Shown: positions 18,514-27,532 of the stretch, piece after piece
Position numbering within the stretch: position 1 is the stretch's first letter
Layout: each line of letters starts with the position of its first letter
IMG/VR virus record: IMGVR_UViG_3300036402_000045
Location: 1-64,000 of that record
DNA: 64,000 bases
From: a virus
Reading direction: 5' to 3' (one strand)
Program-made: the position numbers and the translations under genes
The notes under the pieces: model-generated
Told to the model about the DNA's origin: nothing
Seen by the model: only the letters and a program-made list of their open reading frames with translations
The model's database searches: none

Positions 18514-18972
18514 ATGCCACAGAACACGTTCGACTTTCCTACGCCCTACGGCGTCGTGGAGGTTCAGGCCCTTTCGGGTGATGAGATCCTGATCTCGTCC
18601 GAGGACATCAGAGTCAACCGCGTCGCGTACACGATCCGTCACTACGTCCACAAGGGTCAACGTCCCGTGACGATCATTCCGGGTTGGTTCACAGGCCATA
18701 CGGCGTACCGCCGCAAGGACTGGCTCGATCGCCCACAAGGACACAGCGGCCCGACACACACCGCGTACGCCAAGATCCGTGACGAGGTTGTGACCCCGGC
18801 ACTACAGGCGGCTATGCGTATCAACCTTGCAGAAGGCGGGCGCGTCTCGGCCCGCGAGCACGACATCAACCGTCTCAACCGTGAGATCGCAGAGCTTGAG
18901 CAGAAGATCCAAGACAAGAAGCTTCAGCTTGCGGATCTGATGGCCGATCGCCTGAACCCCACTACCCCATAG
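18514..18972 (+). CDS. Hypothetical protein with C-terminal coiled coil
   Basis: MPQNTF, leaderless. Confidence 0.6.
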   Translation: MPQNTFDFPTPYGVVEVQALSGDEILISSEDIRVNRVAYTIRHYVHKGQRPVTIIPGWFTGHTAYRRKDWLDRPQGHSGPTHTAYAKIRDEVVTPALQAAMRINLAEGGRVSAREHDINRLNREIAELEQKIQDKKLQLADLMADRLNPTTP

Positions 18973-19009
18973 CCACCTACTACTACCCGCCAAAGAAAGG
19001 AACTTTCAG

Positions 19010-19249
19010 ATGCCTCAGAGCACAGAAGCGAAAGAGCGGCGTCGGGCCACGGCACGCGAGAAGCTGGTCAAGGTCACCGAGGACCGGAAGGCCGCTGAAG
19101 ACAAGGCCGATCGTCTACGCCGGAAGCAGTTCCGATTCATTCTCAAGTCCCATCAGAGCGGACTGACCTACCGTGAGATCGCAGCGGTTACCGGTCTGAC
19201 CGAGATCCGCATCGCTCAGATCCTTCGAGCCGAGAGAGAAGCCGCATGA
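19010..19249 (+). CDS. HTH DNA-binding protein (sigma-70 region 4-like)
   Basis: GLTYREIAAVTGLTEIRIAQIL; GAAAGG RBS. Confidence 0.75.
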   Translation: MPQSTEAKERRRATAREKLVKVTEDRKAAEDKADRLRRKQFRFILKSHQSGLTYREIAAVTGLTEIRIAQILRAEREAA

Positions 19250-19437
19250 CCGAAAATCAGGGATGCAGCATTCCGTTTCACTGTCCGTGCGGTTGCGGAT
19301 CGCACGGGGAGTGCTTCATCTACCCGATGGAAGACGACGCACAGCCCGACGATGTTCGGCGCTCTTCTCTCTACGCCCTCAACCCGGACGGTTCGTATTC
19401 CGAAGTCACCACCGAGCAGATTGGATTCGTTGTATGA
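19246..19437 (+). CDS. Hypothetical protein
   Basis: CPCGCG; coupled. Confidence 0.5.
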   Translation: MTENQGCSIPFHCPCGCGSHGECFIYPMEDDAQPDDVRRSSLYALNPDGSYSEVTTEQIGFVV

Positions 19438-19865
19438 ACGACCTGAACACGAAGCCGGGGCTACTGGCTCACCTGGCGGAAAGTCATTCGCTTCAGATCA
19501 TTCGCTCCAGCCCGTACGCCGAGATCTACGGACTACACGAACTCGATCACGCCGAAGGCAACGTGACGCACTCACACAACGAGGAACCAGAACCGGAGAC
19601 GACTACGGAAGCTCCGGACTTCCAGCACTTCGTTGAGGCCGAGATCCAGCGCCGGATGATGGAGACGCAGAAGCGCTACGAAGCGGGATGGCAGAGCATC
19701 GTCGGCCACCTTCAGAACGCTGGCGCGGCAAAGGCCGAACTCGATGCGGCTCGCAAGGCAGGCAACGACGTGATGAACGCGGCTGTGGATTTCCGAAAGG
19801 CAGAAGCAGAGCTTTCGTCCGCGATAGCCTCCATGATCGAGATGATTGCCGGGGAACACGCATGA
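19434..19865 (+). CDS. Hypothetical protein
   Basis: MNDLNT, ATGA overlap. Confidence 0.55.
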   Translation: MNDLNTKPGLLAHLAESHSLQIIRSSPYAEIYGLHELDHAEGNVTHSHNEEPEPETTTEAPDFQHFVEAEIQRRMMETQKRYEAGWQSIVGHLQNAGAAKAELDAARKAGNDVMNAAVDFRKAEAELSSAIASMIEMIAGEHA

Positions 19866-20125
19866 GCTTCTTCCGCCTTATGGTCGCAATCGCCGTCCTC
19901 GTTGGTGGTGCAGCGTCCGCGTCAATGATCTGGGTCGGGATGGAGATGTTGGGTCTTCCCGGCTGGACAGCCATCGTGCTCGTCGTCTTTGTCGCAGCTT
20001 GGCTTGGAAGAGCACTAGATCGCCTCACGCGGCCCGCTAACCGGCGTCCGGGGTACATCAGCAACGACGAGATCCTGCAACGGCACAAGCGACCTGCACA
20101 GCCACGCCGAACGTCGCTACACTGA
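19862..20125 (+). CDS. Small membrane protein
   Basis: Two TM helices. Confidence 0.55.
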   Translation: MSFFRLMVAIAVLVGGAASASMIWVGMEMLGLPGWTAIVLVVFVAAWLGRALDRLTRPANRRPGYISNDEILQRHKRPAQPRRTSLH

Positions 20126-20179
20126 CGATCCAATGCTCCCGATCGCTGCCGCCTTGTGCGTCGGCTGGTCGGGTTTAGG

Positions 20180-20240
20180 AAGAGGATCAGGAGGAACAGG
20201 TGCCGTAGGCATCGACCAGACCCCTGATCCTCTTTCGCGT
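20180..20240 (+). terminator. Hairpin between convergent genes, CGCGT tail
   Basis: AAGAGGATCAGG/CCTGATCCTCTT. Confidence 0.55.
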
Positions 20241-20878
20241 CAGGAGCCGGTTAGAAGCTCTGCGCTCTCAAGCTCCAGGACATCGAAGGCCGAAGCCTGT
20301 GATCCCGCCCCGAGATATTCGGAAAGTGTCGTGGTCAAGAAGTCATCGAGCGAATCCCGAAGCTCGCCCTTCACGTTCTCGACAAGCCAACGCAGGATCG
20401 CGTCCTGCACGACCTTGATCTGCATCATGGCTGCGATCACTTCGGACTTGACCCCGAGCACGCCGAGGATCTTGCTCCGTTGGTCCTGCGCCTTCAGGAG
20501 CACGTTGAGGTACTTCGTGCGGGCGTCGTCACCGATCGGCCAATCGAGCCGAAGTTCGGATTCCTCTCCGCAATGCTCGCACTCGATCGTTCGCTTGATC
20601 GTGCGCTTGTCCGAGATCTGTTGGTGAGCATCGGCCCGGATCTGGTCAAGCTCTTCGAGCGCCCGGATCGTGTTGGCGAGCACGTCACGCAGAAAGCCCG
20701 GATTGGCTGCTGCTTGGGCGTGTATGCGCTTGTCGTAGAGCGTCCGGTACTTCCCCGCCGTGTCCTTGTTGATCCGCAGACGCTTGGCGACATCAACGTT
20801 CGTGTATCCCTTGGCGAAAAGCTCGAACGCCTTCTCTCGCCTTTCGGAAAGTCCAAGCTTCGATTTGCTGGCTGCCAT
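20240..20878 (-). CDS. HTH protein with Zn ribbon, possible terminase small subunit
   Basis: N-terminal HTH (GYTNVDVAKRLRINKDT), CEHCG, LLKAQDQRSKILG helix. Confidence 0.55.
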   Translation of the reverse strand: MAASKSKLGLSERREKAFELFAKGYTNVDVAKRLRINKDTAGKYRTLYDKRIHAQAAANPGFLRDVLANTIRALEELDQIRADAHQQISDKRTIKRTIECEHCGEESELRLDWPIGDDARTKYLNVLLKAQDQRSKILGVLGVKSEVIAAMMQIKVVQDAILRWLVENVKGELRDSLDDFLTTTLSEYLGAGSQASAFDVLELESAELLTGS

Positions 20879-21069
20879 CAGTAGAAGGTCTTTCCTCTTG
20901 TGCGCGGTGGCTTCATTTCCGAATGGATCGAGCAACGATCGGTGTCGTTGTAGATGCTCAGCACAACGTTACAACCGGAATCCTTGCAGACCCGACCTGG
21001 CTTCTTCGTCCTTGACTTGTTGCGTGACGTGAACTGCTCACCTGATCTGCCAATGCTTGTCCCAGACAT
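20878..21069 (-). CDS. Small Cys-containing protein
   Basis: GRVCxxxGCxxxLSIYNxxxxCSIH. Confidence 0.6.
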   Translation of the reverse strand: MSGTSIGRSGEQFTSRNKSRTKKPGRVCKDSGCNVVLSIYNDTDRCSIHSEMKPPRTRGKTFY

Positions 21070-21071
21070 GC

Positions 21072-21359
21072 TCAGTCCATACCCCAGAACCGCTTGTACG
21101 CCTTCACAAGCTCGTCAAACAGCATCGAGCGCTCTTCTCCCATGATCGTGACGTGTTCGGCCTGCGTGTGGCCGCAGGGATACCGCTCTTCACCAGTCGG
21201 AGGATCGAACTGCCTCAAGGCTTCGGAAAGCTCCCGCATGGTTCGTTCGTGAACCTCTTGACGATGCTCGCATCCAGCGATCCAACGACAACGCCATGCA
21301 GAGCCGTCTTCGACAACGCTTCGAGTGCTGCCACAGAACCGGCAAGCTCGTTCGTCCAT
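21072..21359 (-). CDS. Hypothetical protein (leaderless)
   Basis: CGTATCA at 21367-21373. Confidence 0.55.
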   Translation of the reverse strand: MDERACRFCGSTRSVVEDGSAWRCRWIAGCEHRQEVHERTMRELSEALRQFDPPTGEERYPCGHTQAEHVTIMGEERSMLFDELVKAYKRFWGMD

Positions 21360-21385
21360 ATTCCGATGATACGCAAACGCCGGTG

Positions 21386-21552
21386 ACGCGAAGAGAGATC
21401 GGATACCGAGGGTTGAATCCCTTGGTCCGATCTCTCTTGCACCGGCTAGGTAGCGGTCCTTCCCTCCGGTGTGTGAGCTTCATCGTCTCCCGGTTACCAG
21501 CGTCGTCGCAAGAGGACTGTCGGTTGGCCGGGAGAGGCTGCCGCGCTAAGTA
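21386..21552 (-). ncRNA. Candidate structured small RNA or leader
   Basis: Own promoter TTGACA-17-TTCACT (21558-21586); stems TCTCCCGG/CCGGGAGA, CACCGG/CCGGTG, AAGAGAGATCGGA/TCCGATCTCTCTT. Confidence 0.5.
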
Positions 21553-21582
21553 GTGCCAGTGAAGCACCGTTCGGAATGTCTG

Positions 21583-22131
21583 TCAACCCCGAAGTGCAAT
21601 CCACCAGCAACGAGGCCAACCGGATCGGGAACCGCCTCGCCCTCCGATCATGCCAAGCCATCGAACCGCTGCCTCTCTCTGCACTTCGTAGCTCTCGGAG
21701 CCGTTGATTCCGACCTTCGATGCTGTGTCACGGGAGAACTGGAAGTAGCCGAGATACTTGCCCGATCGTCCATCGGCGGATTCGCAGTTCGCCAACCGCC
21801 TCCAGAAGTCAGGAGAGGGGTCTGTGGTCGCTTCTGTGGGCTTCGGAGTGTTCGTCGGTACTGATGGCGCATACCGACGACTTCGATCAGCACGGGCTTT
21901 CTGAAGAGCCACCTTGCGGTTCCGTTCGATCGCAGCGCCCCACCGCTCGATTCGATCTGCCTGAGCCGCTTGCTCCCAAGCAATGCTTTCGGAAAGTCCT
22001 GCCGTTGGATCTGCTGTTGGGACTGATGCCGCTGTCTCAAGCGTCGTGCTCGAAGCCTCCGCAGTACCGCACGCCGATACCGCGGAGCCAAGACTGAGCA
22101 GAGCGCCCAATAAGGCGAGCCATCGTTTCAT
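21583..22131 (-). CDS. Resuscitation-promoting-factor-like lytic transglycosylase, predicted lipoprotein
   Basis: Signal peptide with VSAC lipobox; WRRLANCES, YLGYFQFS, QREAA, WPRC. Confidence 0.8.
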   Translation of the reverse strand: MKRWLALLGALLSLGSAVSACGTAEASSTTLETAASVPTADPTAGLSESIAWEQAAQADRIERWGAAIERNRKVALQKARADRSRRYAPSVPTNTPKPTEATTDPSPDFWRRLANCESADGRSGKYLGYFQFSRDTASKVGINGSESYEVQREAAVRWLGMIGGRGGSRSGWPRCWWIALRG

Positions 22132-22159
22132 GGTGATCCCTTTCTTCGGATACTTCCTT

Positions 22160-22190
22160 TGATACGACAAAACGACCCCGAAGGGCCGTT
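22160..22190 (-). promoter_or_regulatory. Terminator hairpin followed by CGTATCA promoter
   Basis: AACGGCCC-TTCG-GGGTCGTT then CGTATCA upstream of the Rpf gene. Confidence 0.55.
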
Positions 22191-22261
22191 CGTCCGAAGT
22201 TTAGGGATGGTGGAGTCGGTGGGTCAACCCCGTGCGGATCAACCCACCGACCCCGTTTCGT

Positions 22262-22450
22262 TCAGGCGGCGACCGTGGCCGTAGCCGCGTCCCGCAGCAC
22301 CCGACGAGCAAGTTCGACGGCGTTCTCGGTGCTCAAGCCCGACTCCAGAGCTTCCTTCCCGAGATCCAACGCGGAGAGGAAGACACCGCTCTGGCGGTCG
22401 ATGCCAAGTACCGAAGCCGATTCGGTGAGGGCAATCAGAAGGTCTTCCAT
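22262..22450 (-). CDS. Hypothetical protein
   Basis: MEDLLIAL... Confidence 0.5.
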   Translation of the reverse strand: MEDLLIALTESASVLGIDRQSGVFLSALDLGKEALESGLSTENAVELARRVLRDAATATVAA

Positions 22451-22503
22451 ATTCCGAACTATACCGATCCGCTGAAGCCCTGTAAACGGATTTCTTTGCC
22501 CAG

Positions 22504-22545
22504 ACGCGAGAATCCCCCGGAAGGGACGAGCTTCCGGGGGATCTC
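22504..22545 (-). terminator. Hairpin with CGCGT tail
   Basis: TCCCCCGGAAG/CTTCCGGGGGA. Confidence 0.6.
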
Positions 22546-22571
22546 TAAGGGCTTGAGCGGGGAGCGTGCTC

Positions 22572-23540
22572 TTACCCCTTGGTGGCCTTGGCAGCCTTCT
22601 TCGACGGTACACGACCGTTCTTGGAGCCAGGATCATCAGACGAACCGACCACGAACACCTTGATCGTTCCCTCGATGCCACGACCCGTGCGGATCACGCC
22701 AAAGCCGAACTTGTCCCGCATGGTCTGAGCCGCAAGCAGAAGCCGCTTGTCGAAGTCCAGAAGGTCGATGGCTTCCGTCTCCTTCTGGTACGGATGCAGT
22801 TCCACCTTTTCGGAAAGCTTCGTGGCAAGCGTCTGCCGGTTGCCGCCGCGGAACAGGAGCGGAGCGACGTGGAAGAGGTTGGCGTTCTTGCGGAACGGGT
22901 TGATCTTCTCCGTGGCCTTCGTGACCCCTACCTTCGGGTACGTGACCCGAACGGAATCCTTCGTGGCTCCGGTGCCGCCCGGAGTGCGCGGACGCTCCTT
23001 CTTGGCAGCTTCCCGAGCAGGCGTCTTCTTGGCAGGAGCCGTCTTCTTCGCAGCGGGAACCTTGCGAGCAGGGGCCGTCTTGCGAGGGCCTGTCGAAGCC
23101 TTGCGAGCAGGGGCCGGTGCGGTCTTCGCAGGCTTGTCGCTCTGCGCTTCCTCAACGGCGCTGCGAAGCTCCTTCAGACCCATCGACTCGTACCCCTTGA
23201 TGCCGAGGCTGCGAGCCATCTTCTGAAGCTCCTTGGCCTTCGGCTTGTCGATGGTCTTGGGCATGTGTTCCTTGATCCTTTCCGAATCATTCAGTTGTGC
23301 GGACTTTACAATGTCTCTGGTCGGTTGTCCACCAGAAACTTGTGAAATGGAGACGATAACCGGAAATGGGTCGTCTCCAATCACAATCTTCGCCCGGTGT
23401 TGACTTGTCTTCTCGATCAAGCACGACTTGATCGGCCCCTTGGCAGGGATATACCAGGCCCCTTTACCGGCGACGAGGGGAAGCCCGTCTGCTCCGAGCA
23501 CGGGCGCGCGCTCCGGTCGGTTCTTCATCCTCGTCGTCAT
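22572..23540 (-). CDS. Histone H1/HupB-like basic protein with Rho_N-like domain
   Basis: ELQKMARSLGIKGYESMGLKEL, PAKK/APARK repeats; start may be MPKTIDK (about 23264). Confidence 0.65.
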   Translation of the reverse strand: MTTRMKNRPERAPVLGADGLPLVAGKGAWYIPAKGPIKSCLIEKTSQHRAKIVIGDDPFPVIVSISQVSGGQPTRDIVKSAQLNDSERIKEHMPKTIDKPKAKELQKMARSLGIKGYESMGLKELRSAVEEAQSDKPAKTAPAPARKASTGPRKTAPARKVPAAKKTAPAKKTPAREAAKKERPRTPGGTGATKDSVRVTYPKVGVTKATEKINPFRKNANLFHVAPLLFRGGNRQTLATKLSEKVELHPYQKETEAIDLLDFDKRLLLAAQTMRDKFGFGVIRTGRGIEGTIKVFVVGSSDDPGSKNGRVPSKKAAKATKG

Positions 23541-23859
23541 CCACTTCCACCCTTCGAACTAGTCGTTGATATTTCCGAACTCGTCGCTCAAGCTCTGCCT
23601 CGTTGAACTCATCGATGAGTGCTGCTGTTCGCTTCAGTTCCTCTTGGCTGTCGTTCTTGGCGAGGCGTTCATGCCAGAACGAAAACCGAATGTGTGCCGT
23701 CGTGTCTGCGATCGGAATCGTGACCCCAACCTCGGAACCCATTCGCACTCGACCATCCGAAAGCTTCTCGATTACCGCTGCGGATCTTTCCCGCGCAACA
23801 TGAGAGCGGTCGGTGGTAACGCCCTTCTTTGGGGTGCTTCTGCTTTGCGTTGGTGCCAT
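23464..23859 (-). CDS. Hypothetical protein
   Basis: Coding-like ORF, start uncertain, overlaps neighbours. Confidence 0.4.
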   Translation of the reverse strand: MAPTQSRSTPKKGVTTDRSHVARERSAAVIEKLSDGRVRMGSEVGVTIPIADTTAHIRFSFWHERLAKNDSQEELKRTAALIDEFNEAELERRVRKYQRLVRRVEVDDDEDEEPTGARARARSRRASPRRR

Positions 23860-24026
23860 GCCAGGATCTCTCTCGCTTGTTCGGTTGACCAAAGCTTCGT
23901 CCCGTGATGAACGATCTCGGGTTTCGGAATGTCACCGTTCTTGTACCAGGCTTTGACGGCCTCGGTTGTTACCCCGCAGTACCGGCCCAGTTGTCCGACC
24001 GTCCGGTAACCGCGGGGCCTAGCCAT
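23772..24026 (-). CDS. MerR/excisionase-like HTH protein
   Basis: TVGQLGRYCGVTTEAVKAWYKNGDIPKP. Confidence 0.7.
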   Translation of the reverse strand: MARPRGYRTVGQLGRYCGVTTEAVKAWYKNGDIPKPEIVHHGTKLWSTEQAREILAWHQRKAEAPQRRALPPTALMLRGKDPQR

Positions 24027-24234
24027 CGAACCTGATGCCCGCTCTCTCGATGACGTATCGCCATTCAGCGTCGGTCAATTCCTCGCCCGTCAACCGAGCA
24101 CCTTCGATCCAGCGAACATACTTAGCGAAAGCCTCGTTCTCCTTCGTAAGCCGCTCGTTCTCTTCCGTCAGATCCACGATCGTCTCGGCCTGATTGCGGT
24201 TGCGCTTCTGGAGGATCTTCTTCGGAGCGGCCAT
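24019..24234 (-). CDS. Hypothetical coiled-coil protein
   Basis: ORF track. Confidence 0.55.
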   Translation of the reverse strand: MAAPKKILQKRNRNQAETIVDLTEENERLTKENEAFAKYVRWIEGARLTGEELTDAEWRYVIERAGIRFDG

Positions 24235-24519
24235 TTACTGCTGGCCGTTGTTGCAGGAGATGGCGAGCGTCTTTTCCGAATCTCCACTGATGACGACACA
24301 CTTCCCTGGCTTCGGAGCGTCGATGTTCGTCACCGTGTAGAGGTAGTTCTTGCAATCACTCCGATTGCAAGAGGACTTGTCCGTCTTGAAATACTCCAGA
24401 TACTCCTGCCGTGCTCCGGAGAGCACCCGGTCGTTGTCGGTGTTCTTGGCGGCGTATGCCGCAGCACCGCCACCGAACGTCACCGCCCCGAGGATGAATC
24501 CTGCGATGAGCTTCTTCAT
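24235..24519 (-). CDS. Secreted hypothetical protein
   Basis: Signal peptide MKKLIAGFILG...AYA. Confidence 0.6.
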   Translation of the reverse strand: MKKLIAGFILGAVTFGGGAAAYAAKNTDNDRVLSGARQEYLEYFKTDKSSCNRSDCKNYLYTVTNIDAPKPGKCVVISGDSEKTLAISCNNGQQ

Positions 24520-25493
24520 GCTGCGTCTCCTTCGTTCTCAAGGAGGAACGCGGTCACGTCCTCCCACCTTGTTGATACGGCTTTCAGAAGTTCCTTCTCG
24601 GCGTTCTCCTTCGCAAGCGAAGCTGCCCAGATGACTTCATCCCGATACTCCGCAACGCTTTCCTCGATGAGCGCCACCAGCACGTCAGGGGACAACGCAT
24701 CAAGCTCCCACGATTCCCGTCCGTAGCGCTCCACATAGCCCGCATAGCGAGAGTCCGTGATCTTGGCCGGGTTGGGCGGCGGATTGAAATGCTGGATCTG
24801 ATCCATGTTGAGAGCGATGCGATCGATCTTGAAGTTCTGACGCATCATCCTCATGGCGGTTGCGGCGGTCGTCTTGTGATCCCGCATGAGATCAGTCGCG
24901 ATGAAGCGCTCAAGCCGCTCCCTGATGTCTCTCGTCATATCCATGCCCGAGGGATCGTGATCGCCCAGATGGATGACGGTGACCTTCTTCCCGTCGTTGA
25001 CGTAGCCCCGCAGACGGTTCGACGTTTCCCACATTTCCGAAAGCGACGTGTAGCCGCGGCAGGAGAAGTACGGAACATCAAGCCGAGGACAGACGGCTTC
25101 GAGCACACCAACGAGAGCGTCCTTCTCGATCCATACTTCGACCCGACAGGGCTGATCCTTCCACTTGTCGTGGCGGAACTGAGCCGCTGTGTCCTTCAGG
25201 ATCTCAACCGGTGACTTCCAATGCGGAAGCGAACGCAGGTTGCGTGTGCGGTCAACGAGGTAGTTCCAATCGAGCAGGCCCGCCATGCGAGCATCCCCGA
25301 TGATCTTTCCGAGACGCGCATACTCCTGTTGCCGATTCGGAATGTAACCCCGAGCGACGAACTGGTAGTAAAGCTGGCGAAGGGTTAGGTCATAACCCTG
25401 CTGTGCGTACTCCGCACAGATCTGATTCGCCATAGCGATGATCTGTCGGTGCTGCGGAGAGAACCGCTTTCGGATATAGGCGCGCCGAGGCAT
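24516..25493 (-). CDS. Topoisomerase VI-A/JetD-like TOPRIM protein
   Basis: TLRQLYY, VWIEKDAL, CRGY, HLGDHDPSG, WELDAL. Confidence 0.8.
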   Translation of the reverse strand: MPRRAYIRKRFSPQHRQIIAMANQICAEYAQQGYDLTLRQLYYQFVARGYIPNRQQEYARLGKIIGDARMAGLLDWNYLVDRTRNLRSLPHWKSPVEILKDTAAQFRHDKWKDQPCRVEVWIEKDALVGVLEAVCPRLDVPYFSCRGYTSLSEMWETSNRLRGYVNDGKKVTVIHLGDHDPSGMDMTRDIRERLERFIATDLMRDHKTTAATAMRMMRQNFKIDRIALNMDQIQHFNPPPNPAKITDSRYAGYVERYGRESWELDALSPDVLVALIEESVAEYRDEVIWAASLAKENAEKELLKAVSTRWEDVTAFLLENEGDAA

Positions 25494-25646
25494 TCAATCC
25501 TCGACCCATTCCTCGAAGTCAACGCAAGGGCAATCCTCGATGTCTCCCATCTTTGGATCTGCCTTGACGGCGCAAGGACGGAATGTTTCCTGATCGTCGT
25601 GCTCGTCAAGCACATGACCGCACGTACACATCGCGTCGTCGTCCAT
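25494..25646 (-). CDS. Small Zn-finger protein
   Basis: CTCGH...H...C...CPC. Confidence 0.55.
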   Translation of the reverse strand: MDDDAMCTCGHVLDEHDDQETFRPCAVKADPKMGDIEDCPCVDFEEWVED

Positions 25647-26065
25647 CAGTTCGACGCTCCTTCAGTGAGATCAATCACGCGATACTGGACACTTTGGCCT
25701 TCGAGAGTTTCTTCCGCTTCCCAAACCATCTCGTCAAAGTTCGTACGCAGGTAAATCTCCCATCCACGCTTCGGATTCCGGGCGACAACAAGCCATTGCC
25801 CAGTGTTCGGAAAATCCTGCCAATGCCCCCATGTCGGAAGATCCTCTTCTGGATTGCGATAGGTCGCTACAGCAACCACCCGCACCGACTCAGGCTTGAC
25901 CCAGATCTCTTCCGTGGAGAAGTCAGCATGAGGAACACTGACAAGCCGACACTGTTCCGAATCGTTGGAGCAGACAAGATACCGAGCACCGGATTCACGA
26001 CGCTGTGCCCAGACGCCCGTGCCGTTGCCGACATAGACCACGATGTCACCGAGCTTCGGATTCAT
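25646..26065 (-). CDS. Hypothetical protein
   Basis: ORF track, coupled. Confidence 0.55.
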   Translation of the reverse strand: MNPKLGDIVVYVGNGTGVWAQRRESGARYLVCSNDSEQCRLVSVPHADFSTEEIWVKPESVRVVAVATYRNPEEDLPTWGHWQDFPNTGQWLVVARNPKRGWEIYLRTNFDEMVWEAEETLEGQSVQYRVIDLTEGASN

Positions 26066-26568
26066 CAGTCTCCCGTCCCGTGAGAAGGACGGATATACGG
26101 AGCGTTCATGGTGATCGTCGTGTGCTTCGCCACGATCTCAGCATCGATCTTGCCCTCCTGCACCGCCGCAGCAAGACCCGATGTATCGAGCGCCACGTTC
26201 ACAGCGCTGGCGACACCGTTCGTCTTCAGAACGTCCATGAGCGCCCGCTGAACCTCCGCAGGAAGCTCGCTCAGGACGAGAGAGCGCCGGTATGCCAAAC
26301 GCCGCTGCGCGGGCTTGAGATCGCCGTAGAGAGCATCTCCGTCGATGTTGATGTTCTCGGTCTGGACCCGCGTGACCTTCGTGCCGTCGTCAGCGGTCAG
26401 GCTCGTCGTTCCCCGAATCTGAAGCTCTTCGCAGATCGAATCCTGAATGCCCTTCTTCGTCTTCTTGGCACGACCCTCGATCTCGGCTTGACGCTCGTAC
26501 TCCGCGACGAGCACGAAGATCTCGGAGTCCTTGAGCCGCTTCTTAGCCTTCGTCGGCTTGTCAGGCAT
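26065..26568 (-). CDS. Hypothetical protein
   Basis: MPDKPT, AAAGGAG RBS. Confidence 0.6.
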   Translation of the reverse strand: MPDKPTKAKKRLKDSEIFVLVAEYERQAEIEGRAKKTKKGIQDSICEELQIRGTTSLTADDGTKVTRVQTENINIDGDALYGDLKPAQRRLAYRRSLVLSELPAEVQRALMDVLKTNGVASAVNVALDTSGLAAAVQEGKIDAEIVAKHTTITMNAPYIRPSHGTGD

Positions 26569-26818
26569 CGGCGTTCTCCTTTCGGATTTCGGCCAGAGCA
26601 AGCTGCGCCACCAGTGACGACGCCTTGGCCTTCGAGAAGCCCGTGATCCCGTGAGCCTTGGCAAGCTCCCGGAGATCCTTGACCTTCATCGCTTCGAGAT
26701 CCGCCACGCCGAGACGCTTGGACCGAGCGATGCACTCGTTCGGAACCGAAGTGCGGTTGGTCGTGTTGTGATGGGCGCGGCGATCGTGCTTGGCCGAACG
26801 CTGGTTCTTGGTCGCCAT
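26561..26818 (-). CDS. Rho termination factor N-terminal-like domain protein
   Basis: LEAMKVKDLRELAKAHGITGFSKAKASSLV. Confidence 0.7.
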   Translation of the reverse strand: MATKNQRSAKHDRRAHHNTTNRTSVPNECIARSKRLGVADLEAMKVKDLRELAKAHGITGFSKAKASSLVAQLALAEIRKENADA

Positions 26819-27012
26819 CAGACCGCCGCCGTCTTCCGAACCGGACGGCGAAGAGCCGTGGCGATGCGGTCACACCGCGCCAGAAGAGCGGGCTTGTCAG
26901 CCTGAGCGATGAAGCGGTCCGAGCGAACAGCGAGCACCTTGTCAGCCACGACATTCCGGAGGTACTCAAGATCACTCCGCTCGATCTCGATTGTCACCTT
27001 GTTCTTGTCCAT
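26818..27012 (-). CDS. Hypothetical protein (leaderless)
   Basis: Promoter TTGCAA-17-TAAGGT at 27020-27048. Confidence 0.55.
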   Translation of the reverse strand: MDKNKVTIEIERSDLEYLRNVVADKVLAVRSDRFIAQADKPALLARCDRIATALRRPVRKTAAV

Positions 27013-27061
27013 GCCCCTCACCTTAGTAGAATGTTTCCGAAGTTGCAAGTCGAAATTTCAG

Positions 27062-27532
27062 TCAGCGCAGATTTTGGAGAATCGCTCTGCGCTCCATGAG
27101 CAGGATGCCCAAGAGGTTCGAGCCTGCCCAGTGTCCGGAAGGCGTGCGCGTCATGCCCCAGATCCGATCGCCCCAAGTGTTGCCTTCGACCAAGATGGCG
27201 TTGCCCGTGGCAAGCAGATCGTTAGCGAGCGTTTGGGTTTCCGAAAACTTGCATGACAGAGCGAAGCGCATGACTTCGATCTTCCGTTGCTCCCAGTCAT
27301 CAGCGAGCGGAGCCTTGCGACCGAGCTTCTTGGCATTGCCCGCGTTGCTTGCCGTGAGAATGCGCTGTTGCCATTCAGGATCGTCTGTCTTCGCTGCCTG
27401 ATAGTGATGTTCCACCGTGGCGTAAGGAACGCCCCTGAGACGATAAGGAGAGGCATAGAAGTTCGACAGGAACCCGTGCGGTCCGTCCAGCCGAAAGTCA
27501 TCGATGATCGTGTAGCCCAACGCCTTCTTCAC
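27062..27532 (-). CDS. NADAR (YbiA-like) protein
   Basis: FLSNFY, TVEHHYQAAK, AKKLGR, LLATG..LVE, DRIWG, NLLG..LME.R. Confidence 0.9.
   Translation of the reverse strand: MKKALGYTIIDDFRLDGPHGFLSNFYASPYRLRGVPYATVEHHYQAAKTDDPEWQQRILTASNAGNAKKLGRKAPLADDWEQRKIEVMRFALSCKFSETQTLANDLLATGNAILVEGNTWGDRIWGMTRTPSGHWAGSNLLGILLMERRAILQNLR

Noticed and set aside
23772-24026. Excisionase implying an integrated prophage
   Set aside because: No integrase or att site seen in the window; MerR-like HTH proteins also occur in lytic phages
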